A stretch of DNA of 64,000 bases from Octopus sinensis (taxonomy: Eukaryota): NCBI RefSeq assembly GCF_006345805.1, contig NC_043020.1, forward strand, positions 11,222,001 to 11,286,000. Direction: 5' to 3'. The notes under the pieces are model-generated. The model was not told where the DNA came from. It ran no database searches and saw only the letters and a program-made list of their open reading frames with translations. Each line of letters starts with the position of its first letter. The first letter of the stretch is position 1. The position numbers were made by a program, and so were the translations under genes. Positions 49,105-61,486 of the stretch are shown here, in pieces.

Positions 49105-49830
49105 ATTGTATCTTTAACTTGTTTCATTCATTAGACTGCGGCCATGCTGGGGCATTGCCTTCAAGAATTTTTAGTCGAACGATTCGATTGCAGTACTTGT
49201 ATTTATTTTTTTTAAGGCAGGTATTTATTCTATTGGTTGTTTTTTTGGGTTTTTTTTTTGCTGACCCGCTAAGTTACAGGGACATAAACACACCAACACC
49301 CGTTGTCAAGCAGTGGCATGGGACACACACAAACACAGAGACACACATGAATATATACATATATACATATATAACGGGGTTCGGATCTTTTCGGTTTGAA
49401 CGGCAGTTTTTTTAAAAAATAATTTCCACGTAACTAAAAAAATTTTAAACTTCGTATACTGGTAGAATTTGTTTATAAAATATCTTTTTCTCTTGGCTTT
49501 ATTGAGAAAATTCTATAGTTTGTAAGATATTTGTTGTTTTTTTCTTCAATTTCTGCAATTTCAACCAATCACTGACGTCTATTGAGGTAAACAACATTCT
49601 GTGCCGTATAAATATGTCCCTCGTTTAAGAAACAGATTGGGTTTATTTACATTTGTGAAGAAAAAAAGATACCCTTCTCCCCACCCCAAACCCTAACCCT
49701 AAAACAGATTGAATTGCAATAGATCGATACTAGGGTCATAATTATGGGTGACAATTTCATATGACACAGCTAGAAAAAACTGTCGTTCAAACCGAAAAGA
49801 TCCCGGGGTTCTTTCAGTTTCCATCTACTA
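49105..49830 (-). mobile_element. SINE-A remnant interrupted by a MITE
   Basis: SINE sequence resumes as ctttcagtttcc after the MITE. Confidence 0.8.
49383..49803. mobile_element. GGATC-TIR MITE
   Basis: 8-bp TSD cggggttc at 49375-49382 and 49804-49811. Confidence 0.92.
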
Positions 49831-49892
49831 AATGCAAGCGTTCTTAAAAAAACATTAACAAGTGTACAAACTACCGTATATACTTATGTAAA

Positions 49893-50110
49893 AGGCGAGC
49901 TGGCAGAAACGTTAGCACGCTGGGCGAAATGCGTAGCTGTATTTCGCCTGCCGTTACGTTCTGTGTTCAAATTCCGCCGAGGTCGACTTTGCCTTTCATC
50001 CTTTCGGGGTCGATAAATTAAGTACCAGTTAACACTGGGGTCGATGTAATCCGTTTGTCTGTCCTTATTTGTCCCCTCTCTGTGTAGCCCCTTGTGGGTA
50101 GTAAAGAAAT
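49893..50110 (+). mobile_element. SINE-C monomer
   Basis: TSD atatacttatgtaaa on both sides. Confidence 0.88.
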
Positions 50111-50236
50111 ATATATACTTATGTAAAATTTGCCCCCTGCTTTTGGTAAAAAATGCGATCAAATCCCGTAAGTTAACATATATTTCTTGTAAAAACCCAG
50201 CAGATCAACAGTTACAAGTAATGCGATTATCTCATA

Positions 50237-50731
50237 CAGGGTCAGGCAAAATGATCCGACACATTTGTAGGTTAAATAAAAGGCAAATGAAGTAAAGAAA
50301 CAAAAAAGTGTTTTTATTTTTGAAAAGTACATATAATGCCATTTTGTTTCATTATGTTTTAAAAATTAAATCAGTCAAATGGGATCCATTATTGTCCACA
50401 CACTGTCGAAGGCGTTCACGGAAGTTGTCAATAACTCGGCGGGTCATTTCATGCGATTTTTTTCTCTGGGGATACCTCAAGTCAAAGGTATACATTAATC
50501 GCCCTCGATCTATTGAACAACTTAAAGATGCAATTCGTCAAGAAATTACTGCCATTCCACATGAAATGACCCGCCGAGTTATTGACAACTTTCGTGAACG
50601 CCTTCGACAGTGTGTGAACAATAATGGATCCCATTTGACTGATTTAATTTTTAAAACACTTTTTTGTTTCTTTACTTCATTTGCCTTTTATTTAACCTAC
50701 AAATGTGTCAGATCATTTTGCCTGATCGTTG
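50237..50731. mobile_element. Fold-back Tc1/mariner deletion derivative
   Basis: TA|cagggtcaggcaaaatgatc TIR; CDFFLWGYLKSKVYINRPRSIEQLKDAIRQEI..NNGSHLTDLIFK; left arm 50237-50453 is an inverted copy of the transposase 3' end. Confidence 0.85.
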
Positions 50732-50750
50732 CGTTGTGGTTACAATTGCA

Positions 50751-50903
50751 AGTGGCGTAGTTAATAGGTGAGCAAGGTGAATGACTGCTCTCACTGAGCA
50801 CATTTTCAAAATTGGCGCCTTTTCAACAATTGAGAAATGAGTCAAATATTATTTAGTGTGTCTCACAGCACCTTTTTTTTATGTGCTCGCTCACATGCCA
50901 CTG
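50751..50903. mobile_element. Small hAT-like MITE remnant
   Basis: agtggcgt...atgccactg ends; related pieces at 51240-51400, 52120-52150 and 41690-42095. Confidence 0.4.
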
Positions 50904-51409
50904 ACAATTCATATAAATGTTTGGTTACAGATTGTTTTTTTAAAGCTTATCATCAAAGTCAGGTCACAAGGTTTAAAAAATTTTCGCCGTGAAATTGTGT
51001 GAAAACGCTCTGCAGAAAAAGAAAATCACAACTTTACAGGCAGTTTTAAAGTTGATCGAAGTTGCATAGAAGAGAAATAACTGGGTTGTGGAAAGAGAAT
51101 TTTGTGTTTATGAGAAACTAGTGACAGGCAAGCAAAAGATTCAAACAAACTTGAAACAATGCCAAATTATGGTGAGAGAACTTGGTGAGAGAACTTAACT
51201 AAACTTAGCGAGAAAACTTGTAAACAGTGATGTAACAAATAGAGGAGCAAGGAGAACGACCGCTCCTACCAAGGACATTCTTCAAAATTGGCGCCTTTTC
51301 AACAATTTAAAAAACAAAAAACTCCTTAGTTCACTAGTGTGATAAAAGTTGAATCATTTTTTAAAAAATTTAATCGAATGGCCTAGGAAGAACTTTCTGG
51401 AGTCATTAC

Positions 51410-51829
51410 GGATCTTTTCCGTTTTACCGGCAGTTTTTTAAAAAATAATTTCCACGTAACTAAACACTTTTAAACTTCGTATACTGGTAGAATGTGTTTA
51501 TAAAACATCTTTTTTCTCTTGGCTTTATTGAGAAAATTCTATAGTTTGAAGATATTTGTTGTTTTTTTCTTCAATTTCTGCAATTTCAACCAATCAATGA
51601 CGTATAATGAGGTGAAAACATTCTGTGCCGTATGAATATGTCCCCCGTTTAAGAAACAGATTGGGTTTATTTTCATTTGTGAAGAAAAAAAAGATACCCC
51701 TCCCCCCACCCCTAACCCTAACCCTAATCCAGATTGAAATGCAATAGATCGATACTAGGGTCATAATTATGGGTGACAATTTCATATGACACCGCTAGAA
51801 AAAAACTGCCGTTCAAACCGAAAAGATCC
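51410..51829. mobile_element. GGATC-TIR MITE
   Basis: 8-bp TSD gtcattac / gccattac (1 mismatch); internal (CCCTAA)3. Confidence 0.92.
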
Positions 51830-52229
51830 GCCATTACTTTATTTGACCAACTACCAGTGATTTTGAACTGTTTGCTCAATCTCTTGTGATGTGATCGTGG
51901 CCGCTGTCATCTGAAGAATCAAAACAAACCTTGACGTTATAACCTCCCGACACTGGCCCATCCCGTGAAATTTCATCTTTTTCATGCCATACCTATATCA
52001 GTAGTTATAAGTTTCATACATAATGACATGGTTAATGAAGCATGAAATCAATGAGCGTAGAATATAATTACTTATATTATAACTAATGAAATATTTCGCG
52101 TTAGAGTAAAAAAATGTTTGGTACATTTCACGGCGCCTTTTTTTATGTGCTCGCTCACGCCTCCGCTTGTACGGTGAGTAGTTGAAGATCGTCAGAATAG
52201 AAATTATGTTGCTTGTACAGCTCTCTGAA

Positions 52230-53870
52230 TTTATGCATGAAGGAAAACAAAGAAGGATGGAATTTCAGATTTAAAAGCAAGTGCTAGACGATGCATTAAG
52301 TTCATGAGAGTATATGACCTATTACTTCTTCAGAGAATTATGATTACACAAAATTTGTCTTTTGTAACTCGATGGTGATATGTTAGAGTTTTACCAGTCT
52401 GTAATCAGAAATTGGCGGAAGAGAGGCTACAAATTATCAGGTACCGAGATGTCTTGCAAACAACTTGCACATGCAAGTGCTACCAGTTAAAAGCTCCGTA
52501 TATCGGAAGCTAGCAAGTGTATGGGGTCATCAGGAGAGAATGCGCGCCGTTTCGGAGCCTACCTCTCGACGGCATCAATGCGCACCGGCCCCCCTCACTG
52601 ATATGAGGCCCCGCTTGCTAGATCAGCTGGTTATGAAGAACTCAATATACTTCTAGCCATCGCTCATCGTCTCTTTTTAACCAAATCCAGTGGCTAGCCT
52701 TCTCCACTGTAGATTGGATATCAGTCATGGAATGGAACAACTATTATTCTTGACAAAACAGAGAATCAAATTGGAAATCAGAAAGGAGAGAGAAAGAAAA
52801 GACAGTATTGATGAGAATCACAAATCAGAGAAAAGTTGGTTTATTTTCGTTCTTTGTTGTGTGGTAGATCGTAAGTTTCAACTAATTGTTGTTTTGAAAA
52901 GAAAATCTCTACAAAGTAAGAAATTTCCAAAAGGAATTGTTATCCATATGCATCTACGAGACAGGATAAATGCGAATGGATGCAGAAAATGGATAAAGGA
53001 AGAAGTTTTGAGTTTATTATGAAAGGACAAGTGTTTGTTTGTGTGAGACAAGTTTTTGGGCCCCATCTCGTGAACAACATTGGTGAAAATCTACGATCAT
53101 AAAACATTGTTATAGCATTTTTGGAAGACTTATTTGTAACCGAACTATGAAAGGACAAGTGTTTGTTTGTGTGAGACAAGTTTTTGGGCCCATCTCGTGA
53201 ACAACATTGGTGAAAATCTACGATCATAAAACATTGTTATAGCATTTTTGGAAGACTTATTTGTAACCATTAGATATTAGTATCAATAAGCCATTTAAGG
53301 ACATGATAAAAATCAAATATGTGATACAATGGGGTGTTTGATGGAGGAAAATCACACAAAAAAGGAGGCAGTATGGTGACTTCATCACTGACGAAGATCT
53401 GTAAACGCATCGTTGATTCATGGACAGTGACATACCTAAAGTGTGTACCAACTAAAGTAGCCCCTGAGCTTGCTGCTCCACCTGGGTCTCCTAGTCTATA
53501 CAGGCTTATACAAGAGACCCAAATTTCAACCCCCTTAAAAGCATCTCCCAGGGTGGATCGCCACCAAACCTCCAACTACGTTAATGTTCAAGGAAGGAAA
53601 TACAAGCTGATGTTTTTGTGAAATCATTCAAGAAATTTGGGATTTCAAATGCTTTGGATGGTAGAGATGATTCTCTCCAGGATGAGATGGATGAAGATGT
53701 GGATGATGTGCTGCATCATTGGATGGACAGCAAAGATGAACATGATCTTTATGATGGGATTAATCATGGTCATTACGAATCTTTATTCGCCGATAAAGAC
53801 GATGAAGAAGGTGATTTTGCAGGATCTTAATGACGTTGTGTATTTAGAATGTTTAAGATATATCACGTAA
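52230..53870 (+). pseudogene. Decayed pogo (POGK-like) transposase
   Basis: DLKASARRCIKFM, EKSWFIFVLCC..LKRKSLQSKKFPKGIV, PLDISINKPFKDMIK, VKSFKKFGISNALDGRDD; many stops, two foreign inserts, one 128-bp tandem duplication (53018-53141 / 53146-53268). Confidence 0.8.
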
Positions 53871-54442
53871 TTGTAATTTAAAAGCGTATTAAATTTCCCC
53901 TGTGGAACAGCACGTATGTTACAGTCTTCGAGAAAAGCGCCAAAATGCCACACCATTATTCACTCTATTATACAGATTGTAGGCATGAACGTTGTATTAC
54001 AAATAGATCAAAAGAAATACTGGCTGCATTCTTGATGAGGCACTCGAGACCAACCATGAAAAACGGGGCCAAGAACATTATTAACCTTAGATAAAGTTAA
54101 GATCCTTATCATAGACGAGGTGATATTGGTAGAGTGAAACCTTCAGTGACTTGGATATGTCCAAAGAAATGAGAAAACTCGGTGAGCAAGACCAATATCA
54201 TATTCACTGCTGGTTAACAATACAAGAAATCAGTGTTGGACCTAACCCAGATACAGGGGTATGGCGCTAACTACAGCTTTATTTCTTTTATTTAGGCACA
54301 TGGCCTTTATAAAGAGGGGACACCACAAGGACAGGCAAAATAAGACATTGGGGTAATGAAAACCGATAGTTATTGGTAGATCACTGCTGACCAGGTCAAA
54401 AACTTATGGAGGAGAGTAATCAACTACTGATGCTATAACTTG

Positions 54443-54656
54443 AGACTCTCTTTACTCTTTTACTTGTTTCAGTCATTTGACTGCGGCCATGCTGGAGCAC
54501 CACCTTTAGTCGAGCAAATCGACCCCGGGACTTATTCTTTGTAAGCCCAGTACTTATTCTATCGGTCTCTTTTTGCCGAACCGCTAAGTGACGGGGACGC
54601 AAACACACCAGCATCGGTTGTCAAGCAATGCTAGGGGGACAAACACAGACACACAA

Positions 54657-54689
<33 letters not shown>

Positions 54690-54860
54690 CATATATACGA
54701 CGGGCTTCTTTCAGTTTCCGTCTACCAAATCCACTCACAAGGCTTTGGTCGGCCCGGGGCTATAGTAGAAGACACTTGCCCAAGGTGCCACGCAGTGGGA
54801 CTGAACCCGGAACAATGTGGTTGGTTAGCAAGCTACTTACCACACAGCCACTCCTGCGCC
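54443..54860 (-). mobile_element. SINE-A
   Basis: Full family structure. Confidence 0.9.
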
Positions 54861-55208
54861 TATGTTACATATGGGTAGCCCTCGTCGTCATCGACAGATA
54901 GCCAGTGATGATAATACGTACTGAAACAAATCTAATCGACAATATCAACCCCGTTAAATTTGAAGACTTGTACCTTAGAACAGTAAAGACGCGGAATCTT
55001 GTGGAGCGAGACCGTAACAACGCCTTTCGGTATTAAGTTAGGGTCCTTCAAGAACTCAAGGCCAAATTCTCTGGCGTCACTATTTATTTCCATCTCCCTT
55101 GTGCTTTGATTAAGTACCATTGGTATACAAATTAATCTACTAAAGTTCCTTTTCTTTTACAATTAGCGGCCTTTATCTTTTATAGACAAGATTAAACGAG
55201 ACATTATA

Positions 55209-56586
55209 AGGCGGCGATCTGGCAGAATCGTTAGCATGCCTGGCGAAATGCTTACCGGCATTTCGTCTGCCGTTACGTTCTGAGTTAAAATTCCGCCGTG
55301 GTCGACTTTGCCTTTCATTCTTTCGGGGTCGATAAATTAAGTACCAGTTACACACCGGGGTCAATGTAATCGACTTAATCCCTTTGTCTGTCCTTGTTTG
55401 TCCCCTCTGTGTTTAGCCCCTTGTGGGTAGTAAAGAAATAGGTATTTCGTCTGCCGTTACATTCTGAGTTCAAATTCTGCCGAGGTAGACTTTGCCTTTC
55501 ATCCTTCCGGGGTCGGTAAATTAAGTACCAATTACACACTGGGGTCGATGTAATCGACTTAATCCCTTTATCTGTCCTTGTTTGTCCCCTCTATGTTTAG
55601 CCCTCTGTGTTTAGCCCCTTGTGGGTAGTAAAGAAATAGGTATTTCGTCTGCCGTTACGTTCTGAGTTCAAATTCTGCCGAGGTAGACTTTGCCTTTCAT
55701 CCTTCCGGGGTCGATAAATTAAGTACCAATTACACACTGGGGTCGATGTAATCGACTTAATCCCTTTATCTGTCCTTGTTTGTCCCCTCTATGTTTAGCC
55801 CTCTGTATTTAGCCCCTTGTGGGTAGTAAAGAAATAGGTATTTCGTCTGCCGTTACGGTCTGAGTTCAAATTCTGCCGAGGTCGACTTTGCCTTTCATCC
55901 TTCCGGGGTCGATAAATTAAGTACCAGTTACACAAAGGAGTCAATGTAATCGACTTAATCCCTTTGTCTGTCCTTGTTTGTCCCCTCTGTGTTTAGCCCC
56001 TTGTGGGTAGTAAAGAAATAGGTATTTCGTTTGCCGTTACGTTCTGAGTTCAAATTCTGCCGAGGTAGACTTTGCCTTTCATCCTTCAGGGGTCGATAAA
56101 TTAAGTACCAATTACACACTGGGGTCGATGTAATCGACTTAATCCCTTTATCTGTCCTTGTTTGTCCCCTCTATGTTTAGCCCTCTGTGTTTAGCCCCTT
56201 GTCGGTAGTAAAGAAATAGGTATTTCGTCTGCCGTTACGGTCTGAGTTCAAATTCTGCCGAGGTAGACTTTGCCTTTCATCCTTCCGGGGTCGATAAATT
56301 AAGTACCAATTACACACTGGGGTCGATGTAATCGACTTAATCCCTTTATCTGTCCTTGTTTGTCCCCTCTATGTTTAGCCCCTTGTGGGTAGTAAAGAAA
56401 TAGGTATTTCGTCTGCTGTTACGTTCTGAGTTCAAATTCTGCCGAGGTAGACTTTGCCTTTCATCCTTCCGGGGTCGGTAAATTAAGTACCAATTACACA
56501 CTGGGGTCGATGTAATCGACTTAATCCATTTGTCTGTCCTTGTTTGTCCCCCTTTAAGTTTAACCCCTTGTGGGCAATAAAGAAAT
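55209..56586 (+). repeat. Tandem array of SINE-C: one headed plus six headless units
   Basis: Headless unit starts (gtatttcgt) at 55442, 55640, 55838, 56022, 56220 and 56404; aagattaaacgagaca at 55188-55203 and again directly after the array. Confidence 0.95.
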
Positions 56587-57379
56587 AAGATTAAACGAGA
56601 CAAGGAGTTTTGTTACTGTACCTTGATCTGCTTCTCCGTTTGTTCTTTCTGTTCGAGACCATGATGAAATGAAACCAAATTAACGATTCTAATAATCGAA
56701 CGTTGCTATTATTAGGATCATCGTCATTATCATCACCATCATCATTCCCAACATCATTTTCAAGACGGAAAAGAAACAATGAAAGTAAATCAAATATAAG
56801 ATAGCAAATTTAGAACACCCAGCAATTTGATGCCGAGCGATTTTCGTAAAAGAATTTGAATTAGCCAACTTAGGACATTTTAGTTTCCGCTGAAAGACTA
56901 TCATCGCTTGAGGCAATAGTCTTCTTGCCGACTAAGCATTGTTAAAAATCCAACACTTCCGGTAGCTATTGAAATGAAATATAATAAAACAAAACACAAG
57001 CCAAGTATTGTGACGTTATAGAAAAATAATGTCCTCTCTTTTTTTTTCTTGATTTCACGTGATTAAATAAATAAATAAAGAAAGAAAGAAAGAAAGAAAT
57101 AAAGAAATAAAATCTATGTTTTACTGTTTAACTGTCGTCTTTTTAAAACTTTTATTAAAATTTTTTTTTTCTTTTTTTATCTTTTGTATTATTATTCACC
57201 TTGTTTCTCAAGGTCTTCTTGGGATTGTTTCGGTTGTTCTGAATGTGAGAACAATCTGGGACTTTTGATTTAAAATTTTCAAAACGACCTCTACTGGACG
57301 TGGTGGCCGTCACTCGCCGTCCCAGTTTAACATGGGTGTCTGTCTTTGTTAGAGGAGTTCATTTTGTTTCAGTGTGCAT

Positions 57380-57770
57380 ACCACACACACACACACTCAT
57401 ACACACACATACACACACACACTCATACACACTCATGCACACACATACACACGCACACACACTCATACACATATACACGCACACACACACTCATACACAC
57501 ACACACGCATACACACTCATACACACACACACGCACACACACTCATACACACACATACACACACTCATACACACTCATACACACACACGCACACTCATAC
57601 ACACACATACACGCACACACACACATACACACGCATACGCACACTCATACACTCATACACACACATACACACACTCATACACACACACACACACACTCAT
57701 ACACACACACACGCACACACACTCATACATACACACACACACACACGCACACGCGCACACACACACACAA
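57380..57770. repeat. (CA)-rich degenerate microsatellite
   Basis: Direct inspection. Confidence 0.95.
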
Positions 57771-57789
57771 AGTAAGAGACACTTCACTA

Positions 57790-59081
57790 CACATAAACAA
57801 TCCTGTTCCTTTTCCTGCATGCCATGTTTTCCCATCCAACGGGTTGAGATCGGGGCTTCTTGTGGGCTTATACATCCTTGCATATGAACAACGGTATGTT
57901 TTTCTGAACCCAGTGTTGTGCCTGTTTGGTGCTGTGAGATGGTGCCATGTCCTGTCGGAGGCCCCCAAGGCGCGCCTTGAAAGTGCTCATTCGCGTCATG
58001 GAAGCAGTTCAGCTTCCAGAATGCCGCTAATTTATCTCTGGGTGTTAATTTTAAAACCCGAGGGCACAAAAACGAGGTGAGATCTTTCAGTGGCTGTCAC
58101 GGCCTCCCAAACCATAAGTGACTATGGAATTTGACGTCGATTTACAAGTCTACCCTCGACAGATCCAGATACACTCTAAAGTCGGTCATTCTGGTGGTTT
58201 ACTGTCTGTTCGATATCAAATTTCTTTGGGCAACGTGCCTTCAACAATCTGATGCAGTCTCATGGTCTTATAAACTTGCATGAGCTCAAGACGGTGGATC
58301 ATCTTGTAGGAGCGTGTCCTCAGATCCTCCTTCAACACTCGGTACATCGGTGTTCAATTTATTTTTGATGTAGTGGCCACTTTTCTGTTGGAACGACAAG
58401 GATTTCGCCGTATTTTTTCTATGGTACTTTTGATCAGTTGACTTAATCCCTTTGTCTGTCCTTGTTTGTCCCCTCTGTGTTTAACCCCTTGTGGGTAGTA
58501 AAGAAATAGGTATTTCGTCTGCCGTTACGTTCTGAGTTCAAATTCTGCCGAGGTAGACTTTGCCTTTCATCCTTCCGGGGTCGATAAATTAAGTACCAAT
58601 TACACACTGGGGTCGATGTAATCGACTTAATCCCTTTGTCTGTCCTTGTTTGTCCCCCTCTAAGTTTAACCCCTTGTGGGTAATAAAGAAATAAGATTAA
58701 ACGAGACAAGGAGTTTTGTTACTGTACCTTGATCTGCTTCTCCGTTTGTTCTTTCTGTTAGAGACCATTTTCGGTTACGACCAGGTCGATCAGTGGTGGA
58801 GCCAACCTCTTGAAATTTCTTGACAATTTTCCAGACAGTAGTTCGGTCAATTTTAAGCTTTTTTGCTCTAGCTGTATTGCTTTCGCCTCCTATGTGGAGA
58901 GATATGATTGTATTTCGGTCTATAGCCATTTATCTAATTTATAAATCTGAATTTATTTAGTCTGAAACAAAAAGTAGGCACACTAAGCTTTTATAATGAT
59001 GTATAATTTCGATATCTTATCATATTTATTGATAATTATTAAAGCCCGAAACTTCGGTTGCCTTAATTTCGGGATACTCTG
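57790..59081 (-). mobile_element. Decayed Tc1/mariner (maT-like) element, 3'-truncated
   Basis: TIR TA|cagagtatcccgaaattaaggcaacc; MAIDRNTIISLHIGGESN..DRPGR, QLIKSTIEKIRRNPCRS, QDMAPSHSTKQAQHWVQKNIP and a PDLNPLD motif. Confidence 0.8.
58440..58768 (+). other. Local copy of the SINE-C array end plus ~80 bp of its unique flank, inserted in the maT element
   Basis: Matches 56335-56662, including the non-SINE flank aagattaaacgagacaaggagttttgttactgtacc. Confidence 0.9.
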
Positions 59082-59129
59082 TATATCTCTACACAAGACA
59101 CTTAGCCTTGACTCTGATGCACATACACA

Positions 59130-59453
59130 CATGTATGTATGTATGTATGTATGTATGTATGTATGTATGTATGTATGTATGTATGTATGTATGTATGTAT
59201 GTATGTATGTATGTATACATGCATGTATGTATGTATGTATGTATGTATGTATGTATGTATGTATGTATGTATGCATGTATGTATGTATGTATGTATATAT
59301 GTATGTATGTATACATGTATGTATGTATGTATGTATGTATGTATGTATGTATACATGTATGTATGTATGTATGTATGTATGTATGTATGTATGTATGCAT
59401 GTGTGTATGAGTGTATGTATATATGTATGTATGTATATATGTATGTATGTATG

Positions 59454-59487
<34 letters not shown>

Positions 59488-59533
59488 TGTATGTATGTAT
59501 ACATGTATGTATGTATGTATGTATGAGTGTATG

Positions 59534-59567
<34 letters not shown>

Positions 59568-59598
59568 TGTATGTATGTATGTATGTATGTATGTATAT
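59130..59598. repeat. (GTAT)n microsatellite
   Basis: Direct inspection. Confidence 0.95.
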
Positions 59599-60029
59599 AA
59601 AGCGGGTATAGCGAGCTCTAGATAGTAGTAATACTTTTGACGGCTGGTATATTGCTCACCAGCTCACTAGGAATGGAAGGGCATCAATGGCCCTCATCCT
59701 TTTCATGAGTCGAAAGTTCTCGGCAAAACCAACATCAGGTGACGGTCTTAACACGATCTCACAAGGTGAATGAACTGTAGAAGCTTCGTGTTCACGAACT
59801 ATGTGAATCATCTAGATTACAGTAATTAATATCCTCTGGTGATACCAAAGATAGAGACGGTAAACAATACAAAATCGTAACTCCATTGCAGATTGAACGC
59901 AACTCGGTTTAACAACGACCTCGCCATTTGTTTTCTCATTTGGGCGGATGTGTTAGATGTGTCATTGAGGATTCGACAAGAAAGGTTTGTAACAAAGGGA
60001 ACAACATCAGGATTGGCACATGAAATATG

Positions 60030-60244
60030 AGAAATAGGTATCCTATAGGAAGGAGGTAAACAGCTTACTGGAGCTGTAAACGAGAAGCTGAACAACCTTG
60101 TCCTATCGACCAGGTCAACATTGTTCTAGCTACTACTGACCAAACCTAGCTGCTACTGACCATACAACCTGGCTACGCTGCTGCGTAATCAGAGTATGTG
60201 CCACTAAGGGCAGCCCAGGAGTTTGCCTTCTTTCTTCCTCGGGA
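60030..60244. repeat. 215-bp inverted duplicate of 61281-61494
   Basis: Near-identical reverse complement. Confidence 0.92.
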
Positions 60245-60386
60245 ATTAAAATAATTGTTTTGTAAGGTGTTCATTTACCCATCTGTGTTCATTTATGTTT
60301 GTCGCTACTAAGACCTGATCGATTCATTCCTGAATCCAGCTTAGCTTGCTCTTCCCTCAGCTGGGTTAATCAAATGGAAGAATACT

Positions 60387-60620
60387 TATTTCTTTACTAC
60401 CCACAAGGGGCTAAACACAGAGGGGACAAACAAGGACAGACAGACGGATTAGGTCGATTACATTGACCCCAGTGTGTAACTGGTACTTAATTTATCGACC
60501 CCGAAAGGATGAAAGGCAAAGTCGACCTCGGCGGAATTTGAACTCAGAACGTAACGGCAGACGAAATACGGCTGCGCATTTCGCCCGGCGTGCTAACGGT
60601 TCTGCCAGCTCGCCGCCTTT
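60387..60620 (-). mobile_element. SINE-C monomer
   Basis: TSD agaatact on both sides. Confidence 0.9.
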
Positions 60621-60924
60621 TTAAGAATACTAACTGGTCGGTAGTTCTTGTATCACAACTCATACGCTCTTTTAGCCACTGAGGACCCTACTATTACCGA
60701 GACATCTGTTGAGTAGTTTAACGAAGGGTTCCCCGCCGTTCTGAAGGATGGTTGTAGGGATGCCACCATCACTCGGAACTTTGTCTTCCCTCAGTCAATT
60801 GATAGCTGTTCTCATCCTAGAAGGTAGGAGGGGGTTGGATGGGATGCCATATCCGGGTTGTCCTGATATCTCCTTGTGTTGTAGAGCTTGGTCCAGTCTT
60901 GGTGACTTGTCTCTTCCAGTGGTC

Positions 60925-61165
60925 TCCACTATCTGTTTCTTTATTATCCACAAGGGGCTAAACACAGAGGGGACAAACACGGACAGACAAACGGATTAAG
61001 TCGATTATATCGACCCCAGTGTGTAACTGGTACTTAATTTATCGACCCCGAAAGTATGAAAGGCAAAGTCGACCTCGGCGGAATCTGAACTCAGAACGTA
61101 ACGGCAGACGAAATACCCCTAAGCATTTCGCCCGGCGTGCTAACGATTCTGCCAGCGAGCCGCCT
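60925..61165 (-). mobile_element. SINE-C monomer
   Basis: TSD agtggtctccactatc on both sides. Confidence 0.9.
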
Positions 61166-61486
61166 TCTAAAAGTGGTCTCCACTATCGTGTCCATGATGG
61201 TAGTAGTGATGGTGTTGCCATAGGAATTCAGGTCCTGATTTCTCGGGACTGAAACCCAGTAGCGTATTTGGAGGGCGGGGTCCCGAGGAAGAAAGATGGC
61301 AAACTCCTGGGCTGCCCTTAGTGGCACATACTCTGATTACGCAGCAGCGTAGCCAGGTTGTATGGTCAGTAGCAGCTAGGTTTGGTCAGTAATAGCTAGA
61401 ACAATGTTGACCTGGTCGATAGGACAAGATGGTTCAGCTTCTCGTTACAGCTCCAGTAAGCTGTTTACCTCCTTCCTATAGGATAC

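Larger units (their letters stand above)
60255..61275 (-). pseudogene. RTE-like LINE RT N-terminal remnant split by two SINE-C copies
   Basis: RTAIN*LREDKVPSDGGIPTTILQNGGEPFVKLL...KNYRP and QLREEQA motifs. Confidence 0.6.

Noticed and set aside
50308-50760. 150-aa ORF with a transposase-like C-terminus
   Set aside because: The N-terminal half is the antisense of the inverted arm; not a functional transposase
52520-52565. GAAAC ... CTGATGA on the minus strand of the pogo insert as a type II hammerhead
   Set aside because: No GUH after a helix III and no pairing for helices I or II
53018-53268. 128-bp near-identical tandem duplication within the pogo relic
   Set aside because: Ordinary local duplication or assembly artefact; no further structure
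55209-56586. Regular array that could be read as CRISPR-like
   Set aside because: Units are contiguous 184-198 bp SINE bodies with no unique spacers, in a eukaryotic context with no cas genes
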